A stretch of DNA of 26,272 nt from an uncultured Nitrososphaeraceae archaeon (GTDB lineage: Archaea; Thermoproteota; Nitrososphaeria; Nitrososphaerales; Nitrososphaeraceae), in the NCBI GenBank assembly GCA_963765895.1, contig CAVXZB010000029.1, positions 1-26,272 of the forward strand, in the 5' to 3' direction. The first letter of the stretch is position 1; every line of letters starts with the position of its first letter. A program made the position numbers and the translations under genes. Under the pieces are notes generated by a model. The model was not told where the DNA came from. It ran no database searches and saw only the letters and a list, made by a program, of their open reading frames with translations. Positions 11,001 through 21,388 of the stretch are shown here, one piece after another.

Positions 11001-12008
11001 TTAATGACTATTGTTTATTTGAATTTCCTCTTCATTTTGAAGCTCTTCAAGAACTTGATCTCTATAGTGTTTTAAATTGGCATTAAATGCAGCTAATATT
11101 TCCAATGCGGTACGTTCACATACAAACCATAATAGGTAGTCGTCTGTCCGAATACCTTTATGAATAACGATATTTTGCCAGTCATATAATCTTCTTAGAG
11201 AATCAGTCTTAAAGAATCGTTCCAAGTTGAGTCTTTCTATTATGCTTATTATAATCTTAGGACTAGGAATATCCTTTTTTAAAAAAATAATTTTGTTATC
11301 GCTGTATTTGATACTTTTCTTTATATTGAATATCTCGCTAGTTATGAAAACTTCCAATGCTGATATGAGAAGCGGAAAACCAACAAGTCTTCCCATATTT
11401 CCATGTAAAAGCAATACCTTTATCGCATCTAACAGTTGACGATAATCTGTGTCCGATTGGTATTGACTGAGTGTTTCTTCCTCATTATTGGAATTGATTT
11501 CATTACATACTTGTACAAATAGATCATAGTATTGCTTGATTATATTATGGATACTTGCCAGATATCCATTAAAACCTTGATAAGCACTAACAAAATGATT
11601 AAATTCTATCCTCTTTTCATGTGTAGCAGTAGCATTCATATAATTGGCATAGTGGGTCTTCAATTCCCTTGACATTTCTATTATACCCTGAGCAAGCGAC
11701 CGTAGAGCAGACAGGCTCATGGTCCAGTGAGCATAATAAAACAATATGGGCTCCTGTGAGTGATCATTTTGTAAGTAAAATGCTGCTTTGGTTATGGAAG
11801 GTGGTTTTAAAAATTGATTGAATGGAATTGATTTATTTTGACTACTTGAAAGGCTCTTTACATTTCTTAAATCTTCTTCAATTATATTATTTAGCTCATT
11901 TTTTGCCTCTTCAAATTCTTCGGTGATTCGGGTATAGCTAACTTCGTCTGGCAATAGGTTTTCGAATTTGGTGTATCTTGGTATTACGTTTTGGATTCTT
12001 GAGTTCAC
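11001..12008 (-). CDS. Helical hypothetical protein, possible C-terminal HEPN-like domain
   Basis: 335-aa ORF; LISALEVF ... LYDWQNIVIHKG. Confidence 0.7.
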   Translation of the reverse strand: MNSRIQNVIPRYTKFENLLPDEVSYTRITEEFEEAKNELNNIIEEDLRNVKSLSSSQNKSIPFNQFLKPPSITKAAFYLQNDHSQEPILFYYAHWTMSLSALRSLAQGIIEMSRELKTHYANYMNATATHEKRIEFNHFVSAYQGFNGYLASIHNIIKQYYDLFVQVCNEINSNNEEETLSQYQSDTDYRQLLDAIKVLLLHGNMGRLVGFPLLISALEVFITSEIFNIKKSIKYSDNKIIFLKKDIPSPKIIISIIERLNLERFFKTDSLRRLYDWQNIVIHKGIRTDDYLLWFVCERTALEILAAFNANLKHYRDQVLEELQNEEEIQINNSH

Positions 12009-12332
12009 TAGGTCATATCTAAGATAGCAAGATATACCTTTTGCTTCGTGATCTTTATATTGTCATTTGGCTAGAATCAGTTTATCCAATTCGATATCTA
12101 GTGCTCTCTATTATTATTTTTATAATTAATTAATTAATAGGTTCTAGATTTTTTTGTTTATATCTGCTATCTAACTATTTAGATCCTGAAGCTCTTTAGA
12201 TTTAGTCCTTAGAATTGATTCTAATTAATTATTGTGTTTTTGTAGTTGTTCATATCTATGTTGAACTGATGGTAGCTGATTATTGGCTAGAATCTGTTGC
12301 TACAAATTATTCATAACCCGGCTGCATTTGTT

Positions 12333-12467
12333 ATCGGAGGCAATGGCAATGATATCCTTACAGGAGATGCAGGAAAAGATCACTTTAATTGCGGTGCAGG
12401 TACTGATACGATTACCAACTTTTAGCCAGGTGTTGATACAAAGACAGCAAATTATGAAAATAGTTAG
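12333..12467 (+). pseudogene. Remnant of RTX/hemolysin-type Ca-binding repeat protein C-terminus
   Basis: IGGNGNDILTGDAGKDHFNCGAGTDTITNF*PGVDTKTANYENS*; GGxGxDxL nonapeptide, in-frame TAG at 12423. Confidence 0.75.
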
Positions 12468-12953
12468 TACATTTCGATCACTGTAAAGTATCACATTTCT
12501 ACGATATACATGATATTTATACTACCCTCATTAATATCTGCGTAAGAACTGTAAACGAATCAATCATCTATCCTCTGGATTACCCTTGAACGCATCAAAT
12601 AGGTGATGTTTGCCGTCACTTGCGCCAGTGTCAAAATACTCTATACTCTGATTGTACGCTTATCTTACTCGCCGGCGAGCCTACTACTAATGCAACATTG
12701 CTGCAATCGCGACTGCTAAGGTCTAAAACACATATACAATATATTATGTAGAGGAATCTATGAAAATGTCGTTGGGTTCAAATGTACCAGCGACAATCCA
12801 TACCTGTTAGTTTCTTACACTCAATTAACTCTAGACTTACTATCTTTCGATAGGCTTCAGACGCTGCAACTGTAATTATATGTATTCGGTAGATCATCAA
12901 TATTAGAATATTGTATAAATATTATTTTTTTGATATGAATATTCTTCTAAACA

Positions 12954-13646
12954 TCAAGCTACAATTGATGTGCCTATAAATGTAGCCGACCAATAAAGCC
13001 ATAAATTGTCCAAGACCCCGGAAACAAGTGCTGGAGCTAATGAGCGAGCTGGATTCATGGAAGCACCGGATATAATTGCTAAAAAGAATATATCTAATCC
13101 AACCATAGCCCCTATAGCAATACCACTAAATCGTCTAAGTCCTTTAGTATAGACAACTATGTAGATAACAAACATCAGCATTGCAGAAGCAGCAATTTCA
13201 ACACCGATTATCGTTGGTATTGGAAATGCATAATTCGGAGCGTTTGCTCCCAAGTCCGCTTGGCTACCTATCACAAATTTTACAAAAAGACTTCCTAATA
13301 AAGCGCCTAGTATCTCAGCAGAAAAGTAGTAAAATAGCTGAACCTTTGTTATATGTCTAGTAATAAGAAATCTTATAGTAACTGCGGGATTAAATTGAGC
13401 CATAGATATTTTTCCAAACAGATAGACTCCCACTGCAACGCCGACAAATGGAGCGAACGCAATAAATGGAATACCCAATCTTCCATTTAATTTGGCATCA
13501 ATTACTACTGAACCTGTTGCAAGAACTATTACTATAAATGTCCCAATGATTTCTGCAAAAAAACTTTTTTGATTGGGAGTTAGTTTGCTAGTTATCTTTG
13601 TAAGTAAAGTTTTCTGTTCCAATCTGAAATTCAGACAGTTAATCAT
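12954..13646 (-). CDS. MIP/aquaporin family channel in the ars cluster
   Basis: Two NPA motifs (QFNPAVT, SMNPARS). The C-terminus probably extends to 12922 after a one-base correction. Confidence 0.93.
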   Translation of the reverse strand: MINCLNFRLEQKTLLTKITSKLTPNQKSFFAEIIGTFIVIVLATGSVVIDAKLNGRLGIPFIAFAPFVGVAVGVYLFGKISMAQFNPAVTIRFLITRHITKVQLFYYFSAEILGALLGSLFVKFVIGSQADLGANAPNYAFPIPTIIGVEIAASAMLMFVIYIVVYTKGLRRFSGIAIGAMVGLDIFFLAIISGASMNPARSLAPALVSGVLDNLWLYWSATFIGTSIVA

Positions 13647-13691
13647 CCCATAAGTCAGTCCGGTCTAACCCATTGATATTGAAGTGAGGAT

Positions 13692-14136
13692 CTATTGATT
13701 TGTGTCTCTACCTAGACTTGCAGTTAATTCTTTTACTTTCTGTTCAATCTCATTCCTGACCTCTCTTACTTTTTCTATTGGCTTATCCTTGGGGTCTTCT
13801 ATTCCCCAGTCTATGAGATTGTGAAGAAAAGTGCTGGACACCAATCTTTGCCCATGCATCCCATGTTCACGACCTTCGTAGAGTTTCTCATCATATCTTA
13901 GGTTATGTCCTTAGGTCTCTGTTTGCTAATGTCAATTCCGACTTGCTTCATTACTTCGATTGCAAGTGGGTTAATTTCTGAAGTTGGTCTGGTTCCTGCG
14001 CTTATGGGTTCATAGTCCTTAGGAGCATAGCGTCTAAAGAATCCTTCAGCCATCTGACTACGGCCGGCATTTTGTATACATACAATAGAATTGTACTCTT
14101 TGTCTTTGATTTATTAACGCCAAATAAAAGTTTCAT
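13692..14136 (-). pseudogene. arsC: Arsenate reductase ArsC (LMW-PTP type), two frameshifts and one in-frame TAA; absent from ORF track
   Basis: IL/VCIQNAGRSQMAEGFF..SAGT..INPLAIEVMKQVGIDISKQRPKDIT*DMM..MGCM..CPA../DWGIEDPKDKPIEKVREVRNEIE. TAA at 13898-13900. Confidence 0.9.
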
Positions 14137-14161
14137 ACTTTCGAATTCTCCCTTGTAAATG

Positions 14162-14962
14162 CTACTCCTTTATCGCCTTTATCACCAGACTAGTTATTCT
14201 TCTGTCTTCCATATTATCGCCAACCATATACAATTTCTCTTCCAATACTTCTACATTAGAAAATCTGGCCTCTCTAATACTATCAAGATAGTGTTCTTTT
14301 GTTAATGCACCATCTGTACAACTACACCATTTATCCGAATCTGTAGATTCTGGGCTGACTTCCTTACTTGTAACCAGATCCGATATCACCATTCTTCCAC
14401 CATTACCTCTAAGGATCATGTAAATTTCCTTGAATGCAGCTACCTTATCTATAGTTAGATTAATAACACAATTGCTGATGACTACATCTGCACCGTTATC
14501 GTTAATTGGAATCCCTTTTTCTATATCTCCTTTCTTGAATTCTACATTTGTATATCCATTCTGTTTTGCGTGATCTGCAGCCTTTTCTAACATTTGGTTT
14601 GTCATATCAATACCAATCGCTTTCCCAGATCGTTTGACCTTGTTTGCCGACAAAAATACATCAATCCCTCCACCAGAACCTATATCAACAACTACTTCTC
14701 CTTCCTGGATATTTGCAAATTTTACCGGCGCACCGCAGCCTACACCGAGAATAGAAGTTTCAGGAATAGAATTTAAATCGTTAAAATCATAACCAATATT
14801 TTCTGCAATTTGCAGAGGTGACAACATCATTGAACTATCATTATTATTGCCACCATCACCACAACATTCAGCAGATACATTACAACAGCCATCTGAATTT
14901 CCTGCCGATGCAATCTTTCCATATCTTTCCATGACTTTCAGTTTGATTAATCCCTCTTTCAC
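14162..14962 (-). CDS. arsM: Arsenite S-adenosylmethionine methyltransferase
   Basis: LGVGCGAP, VVDIGSGGGID, ISNCVINL, WCSC, N-terminal CC pairs. Confidence 0.9.
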   Translation of the reverse strand: MKEGLIKLKVMERYGKIASAGNSDGCCNVSAECCGDGGNNNDSSMMLSPLQIAENIGYDFNDLNSIPETSILGVGCGAPVKFANIQEGEVVVDIGSGGGIDVFLSANKVKRSGKAIGIDMTNQMLEKAADHAKQNGYTNVEFKKGDIEKGIPINDNGADVVISNCVINLTIDKVAAFKEIYMILRGNGGRMVISDLVTSKEVSPESTDSDKWCSCTDGALTKEHYLDSIREARFSNVEVLEEKLYMVGDNMEDRRITSLVIKAIKE

Positions 14963-15025
14963 ACTTGTGTTTACTAGAGAAACTATTTAAATTGTCAAGA
15001 GAAGCTAGGTAAAGTAAGTGTAGTT

Positions 15026-15450
15026 ATGGAAACAAAAGGAAACAAAAATGAGAGAGCAAAAATAAAACCCATAAAATCAAGATTGCAACTACCAGTTATA
15101 GAGGATATTGAAAACTGTAATTTTCACGGTATGATGCCGATACACTCATGAAGGAAACGGTTAAACTACGCAAGATTATTACAAAGAGAGGAACCATTGA
15201 AATCCTAATCCCATTATGCTGCACCACCACCCCTGTGAGATATTTAAAATTCAAGAATACGATGAAAGGTTTCAGTAGCAAAACATTAGCGAAGAGGTTG
15301 AAGGAGCTTGATAAGAGTGGAATTCTAGAAAGACAAGCATATAACGAGATCCCGCCAAGGGTGGAATATAAATTAACAAACAAAGGACAAGAATTGGTTG
15401 AATCCGTCATTTACCTATTAAACTGGATGAAAAAATGGGCAAAAGAATAG
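15026..15450 (+). CDS. HxlR-family winged-helix regulator divergent from arsM; probable start 15026 with frameshift near 15130
   Basis: SSKTLAKRLKEL..R..YNEIPPRVEYKLTNKG. Upstream frame METKGNK...IENCNFHG joins YDADTLMKET. The core ORF is 15148-15450. Confidence 0.88.
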
Positions 15451-15579
15451 AGATTCTTTGATAGCCAGTTGATCATCAGATTCGTTAAGTCTTTTTTATT
15501 TGCTTTCCTCGGCCGTTCCAGTTAGTGGCGGGTAGTAGTTCAGGATGATGATTTCTCCGATGAAACCGATCTTCCCGAG

Positions 15580-15690
15580 TTACTCCGCCAGATTTTGGCT
15601 AATTCATGATACCATGGCCGCGGACCTCAATCGAATCCTAGCACAAGACCATCTAGGCCGACAAATAAAACCCAGAAATATTATTATCTG
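15580..15690. repeat. Conserved non-coding segment A, copy 1
   Basis: ttactccgccagattttggctaattcatgat...aatcgaatcctag..caagacc..gccgacaaa..cagaaatatt aligns to 19122-19240 and 25081-25203. Confidence 0.7.
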
Positions 15691-16126
15691 GTATATTGGT
15701 ATCGATCACCCGATTCACTAACCTACTGATTAAAAGGTCGGCGGGTTCTGCCGGCGGGCAAATATGTCCTATTTATATACAAATAGTGAACATGTACTTA
15801 CGTATACATAGACTATCTTAGTTCAGGGAGATAGCATGCAACTTAAAATATCGTTACTCACGTATCCGGAAAGGCAAATAATAACCCTGTCTATGATGTT
15901 GGAATAGACCTGATATAACTAACCTGATTCATCAGTCCGCCTGTCAATTATAGATGGTCTGATAGACCACATACTTTAGGCAGTTCATCCCTATGAAGGT
16001 TCTCAATAAGAGATCGAACCAGATCCGGCAACCATGTAAGACAAGATCGGTATATGTGAGACAACATTAGTATAATATCTCATCGACATTACTTGTAAAA
16101 ATACAAGACTACGTACACTTTCAGTT

Positions 16127-16336
16127 TTATATCATACTAGGTCTATGTAGAGGTGTAAATCTGAAATCCCGCAATTTCTGAATTCTTTGCTGTGATAACA
16201 TTCCATTTGCGAATATTAGAGCACTACATGTGTTGCATCGTAGCATTATTCGGCCAGTCTTTGTTGGCTTGAGCACAGCCATAGCATTGCAAAAAAGACA
16301 ATATACATATCGTTCCCATGTATCAAATCCTGACAC
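16127..16336 (-). CDS. Small zinc-ribbon protein (CLFC-x17-CNTC), copy 1
   Basis: 69 aa; two close paralogues in the window; TATA box ~30 bp upstream. Confidence 0.85.
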   Translation of the reverse strand: MSGFDTWERYVYCLFCNAMAVLKPTKTGRIMLRCNTCSALIFANGMLSQQRIQKLRDFRFTPLHRPSMI

Positions 16337-16752
16337 GTTACTATAGTATAATACATCATATCTAAGCTATATATAGTGGTAAGGGAATATCGCGGGACAG
16401 TTCAGCTAAGCAGATTTATGAAGATGTATGAGATTTTCGCCGGTCTGCCGGCTAACTACTAGATAGCACAAATGGCCGGCGAACATATGCTAAACAAGAT
16501 GGACGCGAAAAATGTGCGAATATATTGATAGAATCAGTAAGCTTCTGTCTAAAGACATGAAAAGAGAAAAACCCGGCAAGCAGCAACGCTTGAACTAGAA
16601 AATGACAAGGAAAAGAAGATGAGGCATGAAGTTAACGCCGGCGTCATCGGATTTATATTAAGTCATATTCGGCATTATGTATCTAGCTTTGGGCCGGCTA
16701 AGTAATTATCCTTATCGTGTTAACATAGGCGGGGTTGTCGGTCTAATATCTC
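16337..16752. repeat. Conserved upstream segment B, copy 1
   Basis: Collinear with 25490-25930: tatctaagctatatatag, gacagtt, gccggcga, aaagacatg, atattcggcat, cataggc. Confidence 0.8.
16366..16376 (-). promoter_or_regulatory. Palindromic TATA box of zinc-ribbon copy 1
   Basis: gctatatatag; equivalents at 19557-19568 and 25519-25530, 30-33 bp from the start position. Confidence 0.65.
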
Positions 16753-16863
16753 TCCTGCTAGTGTTCTTGTGCGGACAGACTAATCTAGCCGGTGATAGTT
16801 ATCGGAACAGTAACAGGATTTATAATATCCAAGGCTCTTACTCTACTGCTACCAAAACTCATA

Positions 16864-16927
16864 TAATCAGAACACTGATTAGATAAATGACTGCTTGAAT
16901 AGGCTGTATTGATACTGATTTAATCAG
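16864..16927. promoter_or_regulatory. Candidate operator: TAATCAG half-site palindromes
   Basis: taatcag-aaca-ctgatta (16864-16881) and ctgatttaatcag (16915-16927); the latter recurs at 20843-20855. Confidence 0.5.
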
Positions 16928-16965
16928 ATGCAATACTATAATAGCACATTGTAACTACTCATGTT

Positions 16966-17691
16966 ATGGGGCGTAAGGATTGGTATTATGTCCACCTTCC
17001 AAAACTTCTGATCAAAAGACTGGATCAATTCCTAGAAACACCTAGGGCCAAAAGTATGGGTATGTCTAGTAAACCTGAGCTCCTAAGACACATGATAAAT
17101 CAATTTCTCGATGAGCAGGAAGCCATATACAACAAGATGGATTATGTAAGTGACATTATCTTAGAAATGAAGGATCGTGACCATGTCGTCTTTACATATA
17201 ATAATGAATCACAATTTGAGGAGATTGTTAATGCATATGTAAGACGAGGCATTAATCGCAATCAGATTAATGTTTTGCTTATCTACACAAAAGAGCGACA
17301 GAAATTCATAGAATCAATTGACAAAGTCCAAAACGTAAATTTTCTATTCAACTCACGAGATATAATAATAATTCCAGCCGATGAGGGTTTTTATGATGAC
17401 GGCAGCTTTTCTGTTCTGCCAAGTCTTAATAGTATACGCGATATCGGGGAACTGGCAAAGCAGAAATCAAAAAATGGACTAAATATCTTGGCCACTTCGC
17501 CAACTAAATTAATCGAACAGGGAAGATATGAGGACGCTCTCCAACTTGAAAATATGTCTAATGAAGCAATCAAAGGGTCTGAAATGCCTATAACGGTGCT
17601 ATGTCTTTACAAAGTAGTACCGGAAAATCTTGAAGATCGTTTTTCAGAGTATCATGACCTTATAATCAAACGTTCTGCAGCTATTATGTAG
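16966..17691 (+). CDS. Ribbon-helix-helix (CopG-like) plus MEDS sensory domain protein
   Basis: YVHLPKLLIKRLDQFL..SKPELLRHMI (RHH); DHVVFTY..YVRRGI..LE..ITVLCLY (MEDS). Confidence 0.75.
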   Translation: MGRKDWYYVHLPKLLIKRLDQFLETPRAKSMGMSSKPELLRHMINQFLDEQEAIYNKMDYVSDIILEMKDRDHVVFTYNNESQFEEIVNAYVRRGINRNQINVLLIYTKERQKFIESIDKVQNVNFLFNSRDIIIIPADEGFYDDGSFSVLPSLNSIRDIGELAKQKSKNGLNILATSPTKLIEQGRYEDALQLENMSNEAIKGSEMPITVLCLYKVVPENLEDRFSEYHDLIIKRSAAIM

Positions 17692-17758
17692 ACTGGCTTA
17701 CAGTAAGGTACTGGTAAACCCCAATCGTTAAGTATACCGATAGAGAGTTTCGTTTAAC

Positions 17759-18679
17759 ATGAACAAACAAGTTTCAAATCAAAAATTGCTTAGCACACGT
17801 ACACTTCACAGAACAGTAACGATTGATGGGCTGTCTATTTTTTACAGGGAATCAGGGGAACCAACTAATCCGAAGCTACTCTTGCTTCATGGCTGGCCTT
17901 CTTCTTCTCATCAATACCGTAACCTTATTCCCGCCCTGGCAGACCATTTTCATGTCGTCTCACCAGACTACCCTGGATTTGGGAACTCCGATATGCCTAG
18001 TCCGAAAGAGTTCAATTACACCTTCGATCGACTTTCTGAGATAATGGAAGATTTCTTGAAGACCATAGGCTTTACACACTTTGGACTTTACATGCAAGAC
18101 TATGGTGGGCCTGTAGGCTTCCGAATCATGACTCGGCATCCTGAATGGCTTGAGTGGCTAATAATACAGAACACAAATACATATGAAATTGGCTTTACTA
18201 GTGTATGGGATGGTCTGCGTGCGCTTTGGAGGAATCGTACCCCTGAAGCGGAGGAACCGTTATATGGGTTTCTACAACTCGAGACGATAAAGCAAGTCTA
18301 CCTACACGGCCACAAGCAACCTGAAATCATCAGTCTGGATAATTGGAACATGGACTTTGGGTTCATGGAACGGCCGAATGCGAGACGCATACAGATGGAT
18401 TTGTTCTATGACTATCGCACTAACGTAGCACTATACCCAAAATGGCAAAAATTCTTACAGGAGTGTCAACCGAAGTCATTGATTTTCTGGGGACAAAATG
18501 ATATATTCTTTACCAGAGAAGGCGGCGAGGCTTACCTGAAGGATCTACCCAACGCTGAGATACACAGGCTTGATTCTGGACACTTCGCTACGGAAGATTG
18601 CCTTGATGAGATAGCCAGTAACATCCACAGATTCTATCTCGAGAGGGAAAAAAGCCTACATGATGGAAATCAAGCATAA
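17759..18679 (+). CDS. Alpha/beta hydrolase, epoxide hydrolase/haloalkane dehalogenase-like
   Basis: LLHGWP, PDYPGFG, QDYGG (Asp nucleophile), WGQND, SGHF. Confidence 0.93.
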   Translation: MNKQVSNQKLLSTRTLHRTVTIDGLSIFYRESGEPTNPKLLLLHGWPSSSHQYRNLIPALADHFHVVSPDYPGFGNSDMPSPKEFNYTFDRLSEIMEDFLKTIGFTHFGLYMQDYGGPVGFRIMTRHPEWLEWLIIQNTNTYEIGFTSVWDGLRALWRNRTPEAEEPLYGFLQLETIKQVYLHGHKQPEIISLDNWNMDFGFMERPNARRIQMDLFYDYRTNVALYPKWQKFLQECQPKSLIFWGQNDIFFTREGGEAYLKDLPNAEIHRLDSGHFATEDCLDEIASNIHRFYLEREKSLHDGNQA

Positions 18680-19121
18680 ACCCATTGGTTGCCATAATAA
18701 TGGCATTGATTTAGTTACATATAGTATCGCCCAAACAATTGAATAGTATGAACTATGGACTTGCCGATTGTCTCAAGAAAGCAAATACAGAGTCTGTCAA
18801 TTCATGATTAGAGGGTTCTCAATGACTTGGATGAAAAGGTTCGCAAAATGGCAAAGCTTACAATGCAAGAGCCATCCTGATGAAGAGTAGTAGATAATCA
18901 AGGAAGACCGTCACAAGAATTTGATAAACTGGCTTCTTACAAAAGATGCAAGTGGTTCTGGACATCCATTCTATATATCGTATTGGAAGATATCGATGAT
19001 AGTCTGTTCCTCATAGTTCAAATCAAGAATTAAGTCGTAACACTGGTAGCAGAAATTCCTATACAATTTGCCGTAACACCGATAACAAAGATGGCGCTGG
19101 TCACTTGAAGATTGTATTCGA

Positions 19122-19240
19122 TCTTCGCCGGCTTTTGGCCTAGACTTATGATGTTACAGCAGTCGGCTTGCTGAAAACGGATCTAACAAGACCACAATAG
19201 CCGGCAAACAGACAGAAATACTGCTTACAGGCCATTAACT
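19122..19240. repeat. Conserved non-coding segment A, copy 2
   Basis: cttcgccggcttttggc..tatgat..acaagacca..gccggcaaac..cagaaatactgcttacaggccattaact. Confidence 0.7.
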
Positions 19241-19305
19241 GTGATCGGGGCATTTGTAATTGAGTGAGATGCACAAATGCCAGCGATATTTATTATCTAA
19301 CTATG

Positions 19306-19524
19306 CTATAGGCCCTGCATAATACTAGGTCGACGTCCAGGTGTAAATATAAACTCCCGCAATCTTTGGATTCTTTGTTGTGATAGTATTCCATTGGCAA
19401 ATACTAAAGCACTGCATGTATTGCATCGTAACATAATACGTCTAGTCTTGGTCGGCTTGAGCACAGCCATAGAATTACAGAACAAGCAATACACATATCG
19501 TTCCCAGGAGTCAATATTTGGCAA
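19306..19524 (-). CDS. Small zinc-ribbon protein, copy 2
   Basis: 72 aa, WERYVYCLFCNSMAVLKPTKTRRIMLRCNTCSALVFANG. Confidence 0.85.
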   Translation of the reverse strand: MPNIDSWERYVYCLFCNSMAVLKPTKTRRIMLRCNTCSALVFANGILSQQRIQRLREFIFTPGRRPSIMQGL

Positions 19525-19787
19525 TTTGCGATAGTATAATAATATATTATTACTCAGCTATATTTAGCGCCAAGAGATCGAACAATTGGATATTACATCC
19601 TGCTGGTAGAGGGGTTCATCTACTTTAGAAAATTCATTAAGCAACGATATAACAATAATATATGGAGAGAGAAGCGTTGTCATCGGTTCGATGGAATCCA
19701 AGACAAATTTTGACTCAAGTTGTAATTTTTTTGAATTTAGAAAGTAAAAAATAATATAGCCATAATATAGAAAGCAAATAGAGCATA

Positions 19788-20039
19788 TGTCTAATAATGA
19801 TACTGAGGAAGAGCGATCTTTCCGGGAAAGATATGCACAGGAGTGCAAAAGAAAAAAAGCAGCCAGGCACAGGTGGCCATTCTCAAGGTGATGAGATGTC
19901 TGAAGAAAGAAGAAATGTGAGCCAGCAGCAAGGAAAAACACCAGGACGTAGAGGAGAACAAATAAAACAACAAGAAATCGACAAGGAAATTGTCAGACGC
20001 AACAGATTACAGCAGGAGAATGAGAAGAATGGAAATTAA
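19788..20039 (+). CDS. Possible small charged protein, probably frameshifted
   Basis: ATG at 19788 (MSNNDTEEERSFRERY) and overlapping ORF 19797-20039. Confidence 0.3.
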   Translation, partial: CLIMILRKSDLSGKDMHRSAKEKKQPGTGGHSQGDEMSEERRNVSQQQGKTPGRRGEQIKQQEIDKEIVRRNRLQQENEKNGN

Positions 20040-20166
20040 GAATAGAAGAGGTTGGGTTTGTCATATCGCCTACCGTGTTATTTGTTTGAGCAGTTAATTT
20101 ATTCCAGAAAATCATTTCTACCATCAATTTGGCCATAGTACGGTATAAATGTAGATTAACTACAAA

Positions 20167-20544
20167 TTGCACAATAATAATTATAGGCAGCGAACTAATT
20201 GCGTTTGCATTGATTTAATCGAAATCAATCTCTACATTCCAAAGGAAATAAATGAATCGAGTACAGATAACATTGATACCGTTGGCAATAATGATAACAA
20301 TGACAGGCATAATCATAGTAGTTTCAGGATTACAGGTGGTACTTCAGGCATGAAAGTTTCCTGGCAGGTCACAGACATTCGTAAGGATCCTTGGACTAAG
20401 GCTCACCGAATTGAGGTTAAATAAGATAAACCGGCTAAGGAGGAGGACTATTACATGCATCCAAATCTTTATGGCCAACCGACAGACAAGGGAATAAGCG
20501 AGCTTGCATTTTCCAGAAGAAAGAAAGTGCCGCTTTGTGATTAA
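20167..20544 (+). pseudogene. Remnant of a conserved C-terminal domain of large secreted/fibre-like proteins
   Basis: FRITGGTSGMKVSWQVTDIRKDPWTKAHRIEVK*DKPAKEEDYYMHPNLYGQPTDKGI; the motif reads through TAA at 20422-20424. Confidence 0.65.
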
Positions 20545-21388
20545 GAACAAATGAACTGCAGGGAACTATCTCTCTCCAATTAGGACAAGGAAAAAGATAG
20601 AGCTACAGAGCAGGCCAGAGCCCCTCTTATGGTCTATTTCTATTATCTGGCTTTATCGAGTTATTAGTCTGTGCCTAATCCTTAATGAAGCATTGTCCTA
20701 ATCAGTAATGGAGGTCACAGGTTCAGATGTGACTGTGGTCTAGCGGTGGCTTTGCTAAATGCTTATTTGTTATAATGTAGCAAAGGATTTGACACAACAA
20801 TAAAGGAATAGAAGAATTATAATCAGACTAATTATATTTGTGCTGATTTAATCAGTAACAATTACATTATCTGTAGTCGTTAACGCGTCTTCCAATATAT
20901 ACCGGAGTTTTCTTGCTGTCTTTGCTACTGTATCTGTTAGAAACACTTTCTTGACAGTATAGAAAAGCCTTCTTCGTTTTCGCACATGTATCGGGTTATA
21001 GTGCTCGCCGGCTCGCTAATACCTCTTCAGCTTTGTAGTCCTATGCGGTTCTGAAAGAAGCATACCAATTATATCTTGAAACACGCCACAAGAAGGAACA
21101 GATATGTGAAGTTGAGTGCATTAACACCTTGATTCAACCAAGAGGAGGATGTAGAACGACAAGTCAGGATTAGGGCAAATCGTTACCCATGGAGATATAT
21201 GTAGGGTGATGACTATAAATTATCTTCTGAAATTAGTTACGATTAGACAATTGCATTGCCGGCATGTGTCAGTAAAAAGTAGATTAAATTAGAACCAGTT
21301 TTTCGTTGTACTGTCTTCTTGCAGCCGAGCTAGCTCAATCAATCCTCAATTTGCTTATGGACCCGGCGAGTACCACCAATCATTTCTC

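Noticed and set aside
12283-12494. ORFs 12283-12486 and 12300-12494
   Set aside because: Wrong frames; the recognisable signal is the RTX remnant in another frame.
15096-15410. 104-aa minus-strand ORF
   Set aside because: Antisense to HxlR.
16677-16886. 69-aa plus-strand ORF
   Set aside because: Straddles the end of segment B and its frame is not kept in copy 3.
20422-20424. Stop-codon readthrough or recoding at in-frame stops (also 12423, 13898)
   Set aside because: Mixed TAA and TAG in fragmentary genes; intact genes use the same codons as normal stops.
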